The notes: a model not told the origin generated them from the letters alone. Shown: positions 12,701 to 26,087, numbered from the stretch's first letter. The stretch: 64,000 nt of DNA from Chara braunii (GCA_003427395.1 BFEA01000001.1:5785719-5849718); one strand, 5' to 3'. Program-made: numbers and translations.

Positions 12701-15700
12701 CTAGAATTGGGACTGTGTATGTCTGCGTAGATATGAATCCAACATGCAACAGGTCCATATGTCCATTGGTTGCGGTACGTGTCATTCTTTTGCTAGGATC
12801 ATCTCTGCTAGCAGAATCCGATGGTTGTCTGAGTCAGTTGAGATTGCTTTAACTAGCTATTTACCGAGCAGTGTCACGTTTGACTCGCAAGATCCAACAT
12901 TCCAAGTCCCCCTTCTTCCCGTGGGGAGCATATCAGGTCTTAGGGTACTTTTGATACAAACCCTTCTTTCTCTTTCCCGAATGGCTTTCACAAGAATTTT
13001 GATGCGACCCTTCGTACCACTTTGATCAACTGTTTGCCTAATGCTCTTTTCGTGCCGACAAACCAGAGCAGAGCAAACAGCGTCATGTTGGTTACCACCG
13101 AACATCAACAGGTGTTGAGCCGGCCCCCATACTGCGATGCATTGAACCACCTTTTGTTGGATCAAGTCATTATGAGACTCAGTACTTGTATCAAGCGCTA
13201 CCCGCAACCCCAAGTATCTTTTTGAATTCTCACTTGTCGCCCTTTTCATTCCCCATTCAACAACCAAGCCATAGTTTTTTAGAAGATAAATTGATTTCTT
13301 TCAGTTTACAGTCGTCTATTATATTCCAACATACAAACCTTTAGTGCGTGCAGGGATTCGGTAGAATTTTCGGAGATGGCCATGAGATCACCCTCAAGAG
13401 CTTTCACCCGACACTCACGATGTTGCACTTGCAGTCATCGAATTTGTAGGTGTTGTTTGATGTTGCAAACAAGAAACTCAAACTGAATTACAAACAAGAG
13501 TGGTGCGAGCAGGCAACCTTGGCGCAGTGCCCTTGTTAGGGAAAAGGCGTTTGTGAGCCAGGCTTCTTGTGGGAACTTCTTGGACCCCCTCCAAGACCAG
13601 AGCTTGGGATCCAAGCTCAGTGTGCGGACCGCGGCTCCATCTGCCCACAGAGTGCAATTCCACATACCATTTTCTCAGCGAATTTCATGAACCCTTATCT
13701 GGAGCAGACTGCCCAAAGGTCTATTGAGTTGAACCTCAGTCTCTAAATTGCAGAGTTGCAAGGCTTCCGAATCAGGGCTTTTCTCCAGCGCTTGAAACTT
13801 CTTGCCGCCATTCGTGTCGTATGCTACTAGTTTCCAGAACACTGCTGATTGCTCAGAACAGTCACCCGCATTGCTGGTGATGAACCAGGTCCCCGGAGGG
13901 GCGACTCCTTCTGAACTTAGAAGGAGTTTCGATTTTGGGCGGATGGCAGCCCTCAATTGGGCCGCCCTTTCCTAAGTTTGTCCGAGCCTTCTCAATAGGC
14001 ATCTCAAAGCGTCACCGTCGATCCGCTGTCAAATTATTTCATCCCAGAGATCCGCCACCTTTAAAATCCCTCTTTGAATCCAAACCCTCCCAAAAGCATC
14101 AGGTGCAGTGCCCGCTGAGAGAGGCCTGCCCTTCTCGTTCCGGATGGCTGGGTTGTCAAAAAGGGGTTGCATTAGTACCTCCTCTTTGGTGACCGACGGG
14201 ACTCGCTGCCTTGGTCCCACTTTCCTCCAGGCACTTAAAATATCATCCTAGAATTGGGACTGTGGATGTCTTCGTAGGTATGAATACAACATGCAGCAAG
14301 TCCATACATCCCTTGGTTGAGGTAAGTGTCATTCTTTTGCTAGGACCATCTCTTCTAGCAGAACCTATGGTAATCCGAGATTGTTTTAATGTACCATTTA
14401 GCGAGCAGTGCCGCGTTTTGATTGGAAGGATCCAACATCCCAAGTCCCCCTTCTTCCCGTGGGTAGCATATTAGGTCCCTGACTACTTTTGATATAAACC
14501 CTTCTTTCTCTTTCCCGAATGGCTTCTACATGAATTTTGATGCGACTCTTCGTACCACTTTGATTAAATGTTTGCCTAATGCTTACTATGCCGACAAACC
14601 AGAGCAAAGCAAACATCGCCACATTGGTGCCCAGGGCTCGACCGAACAACGAGAGGTGTTGAGCCGATTAACTGTTTGCCTAATGCTCTTACCATACCAA
14701 CAAACCAGAGCAAAGCAAACAGCGCCATGTTAGTGACCAGTGCTCGACCGAACAGCGAGAGGTGTTGAGGCGGTCCTCATACTGTGATGCGTCGGACCAC
14801 CTTTTGTTCGATCAAGTCATTTTAAGACTCAGTACATCTACCAAGCGCTACTTGCAACCCCAAGAATGCTTTTGAATTCTCACTTGTCGCCCTTTTTATT
14901 CCACACTTAACAAGTAGGCCATAGTTTTATGGAAGCAGAGGAATTGAGTTTTTCCTGTTTACAACAGCCTTAGAGAGGCGGTTGTATTCCAACAGATAGA
15001 CCTTCAGTGCGTGCAGAGATTCGACAAAATTTTCGGAGATGGCCATGAGATCATCCACAAGAGCTTTCACCCGACATTCACGATGTTGCACTTGCAGTCC
15101 CCAAATTTGTGGGTGTTGTCTCATGTTGCAGACCAGAACCTCCATCTGAATTAGAAATAAGAGTGGTGCGAGAGGGCAGCCTTAGCGCAGTGACCTTGTA
15201 AGGGAGTAGGAGTCTGAGACGTGACCATTTACTATGACTGACGCGGTTGAAAAGGCATAAAGAGCAATAACGCATTTTCAGAGGTTCCAACCGAAATGGA
15301 GGATTTTTAACGATGTGAAAACATATGCCTAATTCACTTTATCATACGTTTTCTCTAGGTCAAGCAACCGTACAACCATATATAGATTCTCTTGCTGAAT
15401 TCATTCCAGTTCCTAGATAGCCATAACTATATTATCGAATATTGACCGCCCTTGGACAAAGCAGTCTGGTCTCTCTCTATCAGATCTGATAAGTATCTCC
15501 CTAACCTCTTAGCTAACAATTTAGCCAAAATTTTGTATGATACGTTGCAGACCAGAACTTCCAACTGAATTACAAATAAGAGTGGTGCGAGAAGGCAACC
15601 TTAGCGCAGTGACCTTGTAAGGGAGTAGGAGTCTGAGACGTGACCATTTACTATGACTGACGCGGTTGAAAAGGCATAAAGGGCAATAACCTATTTTCAA

Positions 15701-17609
15701 CTTGAAAGGTTCCGGTCGAAATGGAGGATTTTCAACGATGTGAAAACATATGCCCAATTCACTATATCATATGTTTTATCTAGGTCAAGCAACAGTACGA
15801 CCATATATAGATTCTCTTGCTGAATTCATTCAAGTGTCTAGATAGCCATAACTATATTATCGAATATTGACCGCCCTTGGACAAAGCAACCTGGTCTCTC
15901 CCTATCAGACCTGGTAAGTATCTCCCTAACCTCTTAGCTAGCAATTTAGCCAAAATTTTGTATGGTACATTCAATAAAGAAATCGGACGTCAACTCTTAA
16001 TATCGGCTTTGTCCCGCTTCTTGTACATAATGGTGATAATGTCGTGGACCATGTCTCTAGATAGTTGACCCCCAATTAGGATTTCGTTGTAGATTTGCAT
16101 TAAATCCTGGAAACGAATGTGACTGTTCTGAAGGTAGAATTCCACGGGAAGGTCGTCGCCCCCCCGATGACTTACTTTTTGCCGTGTTGTTTGCCGTCTC
16201 AACTATCTCTTCTAGTGTGATTGGCCTATCCAGGTCTAGTCAGCCCGAGGTCAGCAGCCGGATAGTAAAGGTTGTCCCAGTGAGTAGAGCCGGTGGACAA
16301 GTCTGTGTGGGGGAGTTCGTCATGTCTTCGAGAGAATTTATATCTTTGAAGTACATAGCACCATATGTGCACATTGCCTTTTTAGGAAGTCGCCTGACTG
16401 GCTTCTAAGGCAAATGGGTGATTAAGCAGTTTCATGGATTGTGCTGAGCGCTTGGGCAACAGACATTGAAAGGATTCTTTGGTCATTCGGTCATAGAATG
16501 AAATAACTTTGACGGTCAACCGCTCTGCGCATTCTTTTGATCGTTGTTGTTGCAAGTCCTCCCACCTAGCCAATAGTCTCACCCTTTCTGTTGACCATAC
16601 TGTTGTTGACACGGGATATGTATCCATCCTATCCTCGCCCATTACAAGTCCTTCAAACAGACTTGTTCCTCTTTGTGTCATTGGGTTGCCAAGATTCTGG
16701 ATAAAGTAGTCAGAATTTGTGGCAATCGCAGTTCCAACATCCCGCCATTCCCCTGTTGATGGAAAAACCCTTTGTGCCCGGGCCATTTGGAAAAGAAGGA
16801 TTTGACCCAAGCAGCTAGGCCTGGGTCTCTTTGATTCTGCACGTTGAGCCTAAAGAACCCCCACCCGTGATCGATAACATCAAGCATCTGAAAAGAGAAC
16901 TTGACTGGGTAATGATCATACATTGATTGTCCGACTTCTTTTGCATTGAGTACTACGTCCCACCATCTTGGGCTCATCAACCCATAGTCAAGTCTTCTAC
17001 GAACCCCCACCGTGTTCCCTGCCGTGGCTACTGAGCTCCAGGTAAAGTCGGGGTTGGTTGGGTGGATAAGCCTGTATGTGCCATATATATCCAGTTCGAT
17101 CATGTAGTCAATGAGGGAGAGGATGTTTGGAGATCCAGATCTGGTGCCCAGAGAACATCGTCAACGGAGCAGTTCCAATCACCTACCACCAGGAGGTTAT
17201 CTACATTCGGGGTGTAGGAGATTAGATCTTCGAAGAATCTGATCCGTTCTGATCTGTCTACGGGAGCGTATATACTCATAATCACCCACTCTGATTCGAC
17301 GGCTGCAAATTTGATCCATGCCCAACGTCCCCAAAGATCCACTACATGGTCTAAGATTTCAATCGGTAGGTCTCGGTGTATGAGTATTCCTACTCCTCCT
17401 CTTGCGCCCACAGCTGGTGACCACAATTGAGGTCCGTCCCACCACAGTCCTAGCTCTGCAATTTTCCGTTAATCTAGCTTAGTTTCCTGTAGACAGGCTA
17501 TGTGAATGCGATGATGGTGTAGTCATGCCTTGAACCTTGCGCGCTTTCCCCTTCGCGTTGTATTGCCTAAACCTCTCAGATTCCAGGAGATGACGTTACA
17601 TTTGCCCAT
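9750..17609 (-). pseudogene. LINE ORF2 (APE endonuclease - RT - C-terminal Cys/His zinc motif), disrupted
   Basis: Start MGKCNVISWNLRGLG at 17609; SIYAP, GDWN, RRLDY and YDHYPV endonuclease motifs; LRQGCPLAPLLF and LADD RT motifs; CSRCKYPFESTTHL near 10150-10200. Left end approximate. Confidence 0.88.
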
Positions 17610-18988
17610 TCACATTGGATCTTTGTCCCCTGGATTGGGAGGAGGGGGCTAATGTATGCCCTTTGGATCCAGAGTGTGACTGAGGGGGTCATGTACTCTG
17701 GCCGCTAGGCCTATTTGAAGGAGCAGCGGCTGAGGTAGAGGACCATTTATGAGCAAAGAGATTCTTCAAGTAAATAGATTGCAAAAGTTTGTTCTTCGGA
17801 AGTTTCTCGTTGAAGTTGAAGGTACTGAGAAATCATGCGTCTGACATGTGTTGTACTACCATCTGCTGGAGTGAGTCATGATCCTCTTCAATGAAGAGAG
17901 AGAGGGGGATCATTCACATACCCTCCATGAGGTGGGCGTCTAATCGATCCGGGGGAATGCAGAAATCCAACAAAGGGGCGAAAACTTTGCAGTTCCGGTC
18001 TTTTAGTTCCACGTAGAACCGTGGTTGGGCCATGTTTGGAATTGGTCTAACAGGGAAGCGCTCAACATGCATGTGCTTAACTGGCCCCAGGATCGCCTGT
18101 GGAGTTACAAACTCTTCTACCATCTGTGTCAGAAAGTTGATTTTGCCATCGGTTGGTTGGCAAGCTTCCACGTGGATTGTACCATTCACCAGCGAGTCAG
18201 TCATGGGAAGAAGCCATTTTTCCAATGGTGTTGGTTGGTTTCTAGTTGCTGTTATAGCACGTCTGCTTCTGGACGTCTTAATCCCTGTTTGTGGGAGTAT
18301 TTCCCGACCTTTTCCTGATCTAACCGAGGTTGAAGATTTTGTACAGTTTGAGGTAGAAGATTTTGATCCTTCCTGCATGGGGGCGCTGGCCGCAGGAGCC
18401 GCTTATAGCATCAAGAGTTGATTGGGCCCGGGGCGTGCTACTCTTGGAACTTTGAGAAGGGACTGTCCTCTCCTGCTTCAGTCGTGCACCACGATCGTTG
18501 ACGAGGAGACTTCCTCGTTCGTTGATTGCCTAAGCCTGGACACATTCGGGCTTGCTGAGGGGACTGGGCCAGGTGTGGTCTGTTGGTTTGAGAGGGAATG
18601 TTGCGCGTGGCAGCTCTCCGTCCCTGGTGGGGGGGGGGCGGGGGTCCTTTCGTGCCATGGCGGCTGCTCTCATTAGGTGCGACATGGCAGGGATCAGTTC
18701 TTGATGCGAAGTCGAGGGGATGAACGCCCGCTGAATTCTCAACCGAGAGTCCATCTCTTCTCGGAGGTGAGCGTCATAAGGGTCAGAATATTGTCTCGCC
18801 ATTGGTGAGAAGATTGGGTTGGTAATCAGACGCAATTGGTTTACCGGTATACCCGATCCCACCTCTTGCTCTTGCCGGATTTGAGAGGCTCCTCCTTCTA
18901 GAGAAGCCCCACTATGCATCGCTACTATAGGGAGATTTATACCAGCGGCCAAGTCTTCTTTGCATCTTGGGATGTTTCTTTGGCTGCT

Positions 18989-19198
18989 CTACTGTGAGTG
19001 TGCACTATCAGAGGATCGTTGGGACAATGAGTCATCATCGTCCGTTATCGCCATTTGTGATGTCCGGTTCCGCCTGAATTGGCTGCGTCGCCAGTTGGAG
19101 TTGTCCTTCTTTCTGTTGCATTGGTGTTCCATATGGGAGTACCATTTGCAATTGGAGCAGTAAGGGGTATCCGCTGAGGCCGACTTGATTTCGACCAT
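18989..19198 (-). pseudogene. LINE ORF1 fragment with CCHC zinc knuckle
   Basis: CSNCKWYSHMEHQC fits CX2CX4HX4C. Confidence 0.8.
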
Positions 19199-19231
19199 GT
19201 CTCCTTGTTTAGTTCGGACAGGTGTCGCACT

Positions 19232-19474
19232 CTTCTGTGTCTACAAAACAACAAAAAAAGGCGAAAAAAAAGGGAAGCTGCCGCTGGTACGGTGCACGAG
19301 CAGGTCCCACGTGCACGCCGTGCTGTGCACCACATGGTACGATGCACGATGCCGTTGCAAGTATGGACATGAGCCATCTCACTGGCGAGCCCTCAATCAT
19401 GGTGGTTCACTCACCACCACCAGGATAGAGGCCTTGCAATGGGATGAGTTGTAAAAAAAAAAAAAAAAAAAAAA
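19232..19474 (+). mobile_element. Short poly(A)-tailed retroposon-like repeat; related 3' end at ~9020-9219
   Basis: Both end in poly(A) and share gacatgagc, tcaat...gtggt(t)cact and tgggatga just before the tail. Confidence 0.4.
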
Positions 19475-19518
19475 GAATAATCAACAAATATTAAATAATT
19501 AATTAACACAATTTAAAA

Positions 19519-19911
19519 TTATGGGTAATTTGTAAAATGCCCCATAAATATTAAATTGAGATATATACCAAAATGCCCCTAAAAGAGGTGATTAGGGCGG
19601 AATGCCCCTCTGACGAAAAAATTCTGTTGTGAAATGCCCATCGTGTCGGTTGGACTTCCCAGCTTTGCAATATACCCTACTGGGAACCATCCAACTTCGC
19701 AAAATGCCCTGGTACTTGGCAGCTTTTCCAAGGCCCTATCGCAAACGCCTGGGTGCAAACTGCACGGGCCAGATTGCAAATTTGTGCACCAGCCTGGCAG
19801 GGGCATAACACAAAGATTTCGGCCCAGAAGGACATTCTGCTCTAGACACATGTTTCAGCGGCCTTTTGGCATATGCTCAACTTATGGGAGTATTTTGCAA
19901 TTTATCCGTAA
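19519..19911. mobile_element. MITE with ~30-bp imperfect TIRs (Mutator-like termini)
   Basis: ttatgggtaatttgtaaaatgccccataa versus reverse complement of ttatgggagtattttgcaatttatccgtaa. Confidence 0.6.
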
Positions 19912-19945
19912 GATTAAATAATTATAAATATAATTGTAATTAATA

Positions 19946-20453
19946 GGGAAAATTGCATCTGTACTCCACATAAAGATGGGAATACTCATTATACCCAGTC
20001 CCAGCACGAAACTTTGATCTATAACCATCAGGCCGTTCAACTTTGCATAGTACCCAGCTTTGCTCCTGCGTGAAATTGTAGGTGTACCCAATCCTGCAGG
20101 CCCTGGATTCCGAGAACCAAATTATGCTCATGCCCACCAAGTAGATCGTTGTGGCCCAACGGCTGCTGGATATGAGCATAATTTCAACCATCCGGTAGCA
20201 GTGCATATGAATGATTTGCCCATGCCTCCTCAGGTCCCGAGTATGCCCATAATTTTGTCTGGGTATGCCCATAATTTGTGCATTCCGGTAGTTGGTTATA
20301 ACTGCAATTTTGCGGTAGCAACCTGGGTCCGCCTCGGTCCTGGCCATGTAAACAATTTCCACCAGCCATTTTCTGGGTATGGATGCAAGTTGGCGCTGGG
20401 ACTGGGTATAGCCGGCATTGCCATCTTTAAGTGGGGTACAGATGCAATTTTCC
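19946..20453. mobile_element. MITE with ~70-bp TIRs (Mutator-like)
   Basis: ggaaaattgcatctgtactccacataaagatggg...tatacccagtcccagc pairs with gctgggactgggtata...ccatctttaagtggggtacagatgcaattttcc; no clear TSD. Confidence 0.8.
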
Positions 20454-22037
20454 GAACTTAATATAGCCGTTGATTACTGTAGATCCAGGGGAAAGGCCGG
20501 GTTACCTTATTATCCTCGCTGACTGTCGTATCCACTGCCCTCTGTCGCAGCATCTACTGGGCGCTTCCTCCTTCCATCCTCACTGTGCAGCTTCTTTCCT
20601 GCGCTTAGCTTCACAGTGCAGGATGTGGGGGGTGCAAAAATTGGGCCCTCTGACCTAGGAGTGTCTCTTATTCCTCTTCCCACGACGTTTGAAGGTCACA
20701 CCTCCTCCTCTGTAGGTTTGCCTCGGGGTTGTGGCGTTGCATTTCTGCTGCAAGCTTTGTAACGGGGCGACATTTCGTGACACCCCTGTGTTTCTGGGGT
20801 ATTTGAGAAAATACTCAAACTTTTACGGGGATTTCACTTCACACCTCCTCGTCCGTAGGTCGCCTCGGGGTTGGGGCGTTGCGTTTCTGCTGCACGTTCT
20901 GTGTTAGTGGGGCATTTCGTGACACCCCTGAAATTTTTTAGGGATATTTGACAAAATTCTCCAACTTCAACGGGCATTTGAACAATTCCCCCCCCAAAAC
21001 GTGCCATCAGTCAGCAATCCTTGTGAATCGCCACGGCAACGTACGGCAACGTCATCAAGATCGTTTTCCGTCAGGATGGAAGGTCGCATCCTCGCACCAT
21101 ATGAATCATCTGCTTAGGTGCAAGTTTCACAGCTCAGGAATGACCGAGTGTGCCCGCATGCCCGGACTTCGCTGAAGCCGTTGCTGGCGGGCAGACACAC
21201 TTTAGGGCACTCCTGAATGAACCCGGACGTAATTTATGTCTCAGTACATTCTAGGGAGTGCTTTTAGGACTATTATGTACTCTCATATGTTCACCGCGCC
21301 GGCGAACAGTTCCCGCAATTAGAGGGCAGCTATCGAGAGAGGAGGGCAGGTTCGGCGGCTCGCGCTCCTCTGCGAGAGCTCCCCTCGAACACTTCCCAGC
21401 GGCGGAATCGCGAAAACCTTTTGGCGCGTGGATAAGTTGGTCATTGGTCATCAGCAGAAAAGCGGAAAAAAGCGACGCGAAAAGGGCGCGGAAAAAGGCG
21501 CGGAGATTTGGCGCGGGACTTTTTCAGGCCACGCAGACGCACCTCCCCCTCTGCCACTCAGCGCTTGTGCATCTTGTCCAGCAGCAAACATATACATCTC
21601 GGCCCCCGCCGGGTTCCAGCTGCCCGTTATCTGGCCCCGCGTTCTTTTTGCCTATTTCGGCCTATACTATACAGTATATAGTGCTACTTTGTAGCGGGGC
21701 CTCTACCTCCAAACACTATACTTGCACGAATTATGCGTTATTGACCGTCGATAGCGAAGATCAACGGCCGAAATCTCCTAATCCGTGCAAGTGGGACCTT
21801 GCCCACGGATTCGAGCACACATACATATGCATTTTATCAACAGCTGATCTACGTGTATATGGCGCTCGGCTCCCGTCCATCCACAAGGCAGATGAGCAGT
21901 AGCGCGCGCCGTCTTTCGGGACACCCGTGAAACTTGGAGCGGGGAGAGAAGATTCAATTTGGATGGCACATCTTTTTGTTTTGTTTTCTGTTTTTGTCTG
22001 TTAACTTGCACAGGCGAGCAGAACCAAGCACTCGCCG

Positions 22038-22060
22038 CGAGTGAGTTTGATCCCCCCCGG

Positions 22061-22096
<36 letters not shown>

Positions 22097-22097
22097 N

Positions 22098-22155
<58 letters not shown>
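22038..22155 (+). mobile_element. Minimal 5'-truncated retroposon (tRNA T-arm-like stub plus long poly(A))
   Basis: 25-nt body cgagtgagtttgatcccccccgggc (B-box-like), ~93-nt A tail, 9-bp TSD cactcgccg at 22029-22037 and 22156-22164. Confidence 0.7.
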
Positions 22156-22156
<1 letters not shown>

Positions 22157-23312
22157 ACTCGCCGTCCGTTTCATGTGCCCAGTGGTATGTCTCCTACTCG
22201 GTGCTATGTCACTGCCATGCCTGTCCGTGCTATGTCTGTCCGTACTATGTCGGTGGTCAGTGACCGACGCATGGTCTGCCTAATGAATCCCACACTGAGA
22301 AACTGGCAAGGCTGGTGCTACAACATAGCACCGGTAGGGCCTGCCCGTCAGACAAAGGTCGTACTAACTTAGGACAGAAAACGCCATCAACGTTGGTGCT
22401 GCAGGAGATAGAACACCGGCGAGGTGTTTCGTGAACCGAAGGAGAGGAGCAGGCGGTGAACTGACCCCCCCACTTTATAGAAGGGAACCCTGGACCGGAA
22501 CTGCCTACCGGCCTTTGGGGGTAGTTGTGCCACGCGCCACGCGCCAACATTTTTGAATGCACAACAAGGAACCCCATGTTCAGATTCACTTTGAATGTGT
22601 TGGCGCATGTGAGGCCGACGGCGAGTGGCGCAGCTACGGTAGGCCCTTAGTTTTTTGGTAAGCGGGACGACTTTATTCCTGGTGGTGGTGGTTTGGGGGG
22701 ATGGGGGAAGGCTGGTTTCTCATGGGCGCTGGTCCACACCGTGCACCGGGAGGTTGGCGGGATGGAACCGATTGGACTGCTCAAGGCCTCCTCGGAACAG
22801 GGGACAGCGTTGGCGGCGGCGGCGGCGGCAGCAGGGGCCGCGAAGCTTTACGGTGGCCGACCGTGTAGGGGGAGTGTAGTAGGTCGAACGGCGGGTTGGT
22901 GGAGTGGGGGGGGAACAAGGGGTGGGCATCTGTTCCTGTGCCTGGGGTGGCGCCTCATCCATTTCCCCTGGATGGTTGGCTGTATCCCAATTCGAGCAGC
23001 TGCGCAGCTTGCTCAGGGCAAATGGGAGGAGGGGGAGGAGTAGGAGGAGGAATGGGAGGAGGACGGAGGTAGCATCGCCGGGCCGGGGGACTCGAAAGTC
23101 GGTGACGCTGAGCGTTCCGTGCGGATCGGGGATTCGGCGATGGTCCCCTCTGTTTCTGAATCCTCCTAACGCTGCAGCAACCCCTCTCGCCGCCGCCGCC
23201 ATCGTAGATTTGGTGGAGATTACCTCTACGTGGCGCCGTACACAGTCTCATCATCCCATCATCCCCCCTCCACGCCTTCTGTCCTTTTCACGTTTTTTTT
23301 CGTCATCTCTTC

Positions 23313-23315
<3 letters not shown>

Positions 23316-23356
<41 letters not shown>
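23316..23356. promoter_or_regulatory. (CT)n/GAGA microsatellite in the presumptive promoter/5'UTR of the CLU gene
   Basis: ~20 CT units ~190 nt upstream of the ATG at 23542. Confidence 0.5.
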
Positions 23357-23362
<6 letters not shown>

Positions 23363-23541
23363 GGTGTTTTCTCTCACTTCGCGGGCCCGTTATCTGTCTA
23401 TGATAGGATAACTAGAGTCTGCTCCTTAGTTCCGAGTTGCGTGACGAACATTGTGTGATTGGGAGGGGGAGGTGACTTCTCCACCTGACTGCGCTCTCGG
23501 CGGAGGGATTATGCGCGAACAGTCTTGTTAGAGTCGTTGAT

Positions 23542-24931
23542 ATGGAGGTAGCGGGAGCGCAGCAGCAGTCGGCGGACATGGAGGCATCGGAAGTGAGAAG
23601 TGGGGAGAACGTTGGGTCTGGTCACACGGTTGCGTCTTCTCCGCGGCCAAGTGAAGATTCGTCCAGCGCAGCGACGGCGCCTTCTCCTGCTCGACCTGAG
23701 GGTCTCCCTCCTCCTCCTCCTCCTCCTGCTCCTCCTCCCTCTCCCCCTGCAAATCCATCTCCGTCCCCGTGCCCATCTTCCGTCCCCTGCTCGATTGCGG
23801 ACAGTGCGGGAGCTGGCGACTTGTCTGACCGGGATGACAGACCTGGTGAACAGGGCGCAGCCGCTTCCTTGGGCGGCGCAGACGAAAACGAATCCGAAGT
23901 AATCGACGGGTCGGGGGCAGGAGCGCCGGTGAAATCGACGGCGGTGCAATCCCCGGCTGACAGCGATCCCGTCAGCGGGGCGGCGTCCGCCGCGCGAACG
24001 GCTGTTGATGCTGATCCCGTCGATGCCGAGAGGGAGCGCAATGGAGGAGAAGAGGTTGGTGTACACTCTTCTTCGGCATCAGTGAAGGCAGCCACAGCGG
24101 CAGCAGCCACAGGGGTCCAATCTTCTTCCGAAGATTTGTCCACCGAAGAGCATGGCGATGAGGCACTTGATAAAGCGGCGGCGGAGATTACGGCGGAGGT
24201 TACGGCGGAGGTTACGGCGGAGATGACGGCGGAGAATACGGCGGAAAGCGCGGTGGGTAATCCGACGACGAAGGGTGCGGCAACCCAACGCGCGCTGGAG
24301 ATCGAGGCGGCAGCGCAAAGCACAGTCGAACGGGCGGAAGAGAATAAGATGGCGGATTTGGGGGAGGAGGCGGAGGCGGCGGGCAATCCGGCGGATTGTG
24401 CGGGAAGTGTGGGGAAGAAGGGGGAGATGCCGAGCTTGAATATGACGTCGAATCCTGCATCAGCAGCAGATGCAGCGGGTGAGGTGTCACCCTCACCCTC
24501 TGCAGCGGAGGAGGATGAGAGTTCTTCGGCTGGCCAGAATGAGAAGGCTGGAAAGAAGGAGGAGGAAGTTGAAGAAGAGAGTAGGGACGGTCTGTCAGCG
24601 CCTGGAGGGTCCAACTCTTCGGCAATGCGTAGCCATGATGGTGCGGAGAAGATGAGGATCGGAGCTGAAGAGGAGGAGAAGAGTGAAGTAGAGTCTCAAG
24701 GAAGGCAGGAGGCGGGAAAGGAGGGAGTAGAGGTAGCCAGTGTGGGGGAGCAGGAGAAGGGGGTGGAGGCAGAGGTGCAGGGTCAAAAGAAGGAAACGAG
24801 TGAAGGGAAGGACGACCGTTCCAAGCGCGAGGACAAGGACGAAAAAGGTCATGCGAATGGTGAGGGCAAGAGTTCATCGAAGACGGGAGGAGGTAGTGGA
24901 GGTTCCAGCAGCGCTGCTGGGGAGGGCGATG
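23542..24931 (+). CDS. CLU: Clustered-mitochondria protein (CLU/FRIENDLY family), exon 1: acidic low-complexity N-terminus
   Basis: 463 codons open from ATG; donor G|gtgagt at 24931/24932; phase 1 matches the acceptor of exon 2. Assignment to CLU rests on phase and position. Confidence 0.75.
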
Positions 24932-25459
24932 GTGAGTTTTTTCTTTTTCTTTTTTTGGGTGAAATTTGGTTGTGATGAGCACAAGAACACCTGACCAATT
25001 ATTGCATTTTTGTTGACCTCCCAAAATAATAGTCTATGACTTATTTATCTATTATCTGTTTAAAAACAAAAGAAAATAAAAAATCTATTATCCACCTTCT
25101 TTTCTGTTCTAATGTGAAAAGTAACGTGGCAATCGATATGTACGTGGTGGATTGTGCGTCTATGTTCATTTTCCCTAAATTCCTTAGTTTTTTTTCATTT
25201 ATTCGTAATTTTTATTTGGCGACCTTCGCATCGACTTCCCTTTTTCCCCCTCATCCTTGTTCTTATTACGTCGTTTTCGGTGGAACGAGAGCCCAGCTGC
25301 TTTGGAAGGACTCTAGCCAGTCCGGGTAATCCATTTTCTGTTTTTTTTTTTTTTTTTTTTTTTTTTAATGAATTATAAATAATTGTAGTCCTTTTTTTCT
25401 GTTTTTGGGCCTGAGATTCTCAGAACAAGTTTCTAGGCAGAATGAAATGTCAGTGTACT

Positions 25460-25675
25460 TGCGCTGAAGATGATTGTTGTTATTATGATTAAAAAAAAAC
25501 TGCGCTGAAGATGATTGTTAAATGGTCAGCCCTCTCCCCCCCCCCCCCTTCCCCCCTCACCCCCTTTCGCTGAAGATGATTGTACTATGATTGAAAAAAA
25601 GAAAAACTTGCGCTGAAGATGATTGTACTATGATTGAAAAAAAAAAAAAAAAACTCGTGCTGAAGATGATTGTTA
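25460..25675. repeat. Irregular minisatellite
   Basis: Five copies of gctgaagatgattgt separated by A or C runs. Confidence 0.75.
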
Positions 25676-26087
25676 TTTTGGTAATCGAGGAGTCTAAAGT
25701 TGGGTGGGTAGGTGCAATCGCCTGCATATCGTTAATGTTATTGAATCCATACTTTCGTATATTATATACATAATATATTGTCACACTGTATGTGTATATC
25801 TATATAGGTATATAACATTATATGTTTATATACGTATATAACCTACATCCACGTGGGCGGCCTTGTACGCAAGAGGTTCTGAACAGGGGGAGTTGTAAGG
25901 AAGAAGATTAAAAAACGAATTCATTCTTTTTTCTTTTTTTCGCTTTTGCGCTCTCATATTCATGTGATGATATATACGTGGTGCCCACCTCAGGGTATCA
26001 GTTGTCGGGCGGTCGTTGATGCTTAACCACAGCCGGGGTTGAGGTGGATTATCACTTAGTGTATGTAATCAGTTATCAGGGGATTCT

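Larger units (their letters stand above)
9365..19218 (-). mobile_element. 5'-truncated L1-like non-LTR retrotransposon, 9.85 kb, with internal tandem amplification
   Basis: Perfect 13-bp TSD caggtgtcgcact at 9352-9364 and 19219-19231; T-rich tail at 9365-9383; ORF1 zinc knuckle, APE endonuclease, RT and C-terminal zinc motif in the expected order on the minus strand. Confidence 0.92.

Noticed and set aside
21778-22372. Poly-Lys / poly-Phe ORFs
   Set aside because: Translations of a poly(A) tail.
23622-24614. 330-aa minus-strand ORF
   Set aside because: Antisense shadow of the GC-rich, low-complexity CLU exon 1.
25460-25675. Spaced repeats as a CRISPR array
   Set aside because: Spacers are homopolymeric and irregular, the context is eukaryotic, and there are no cas genes.
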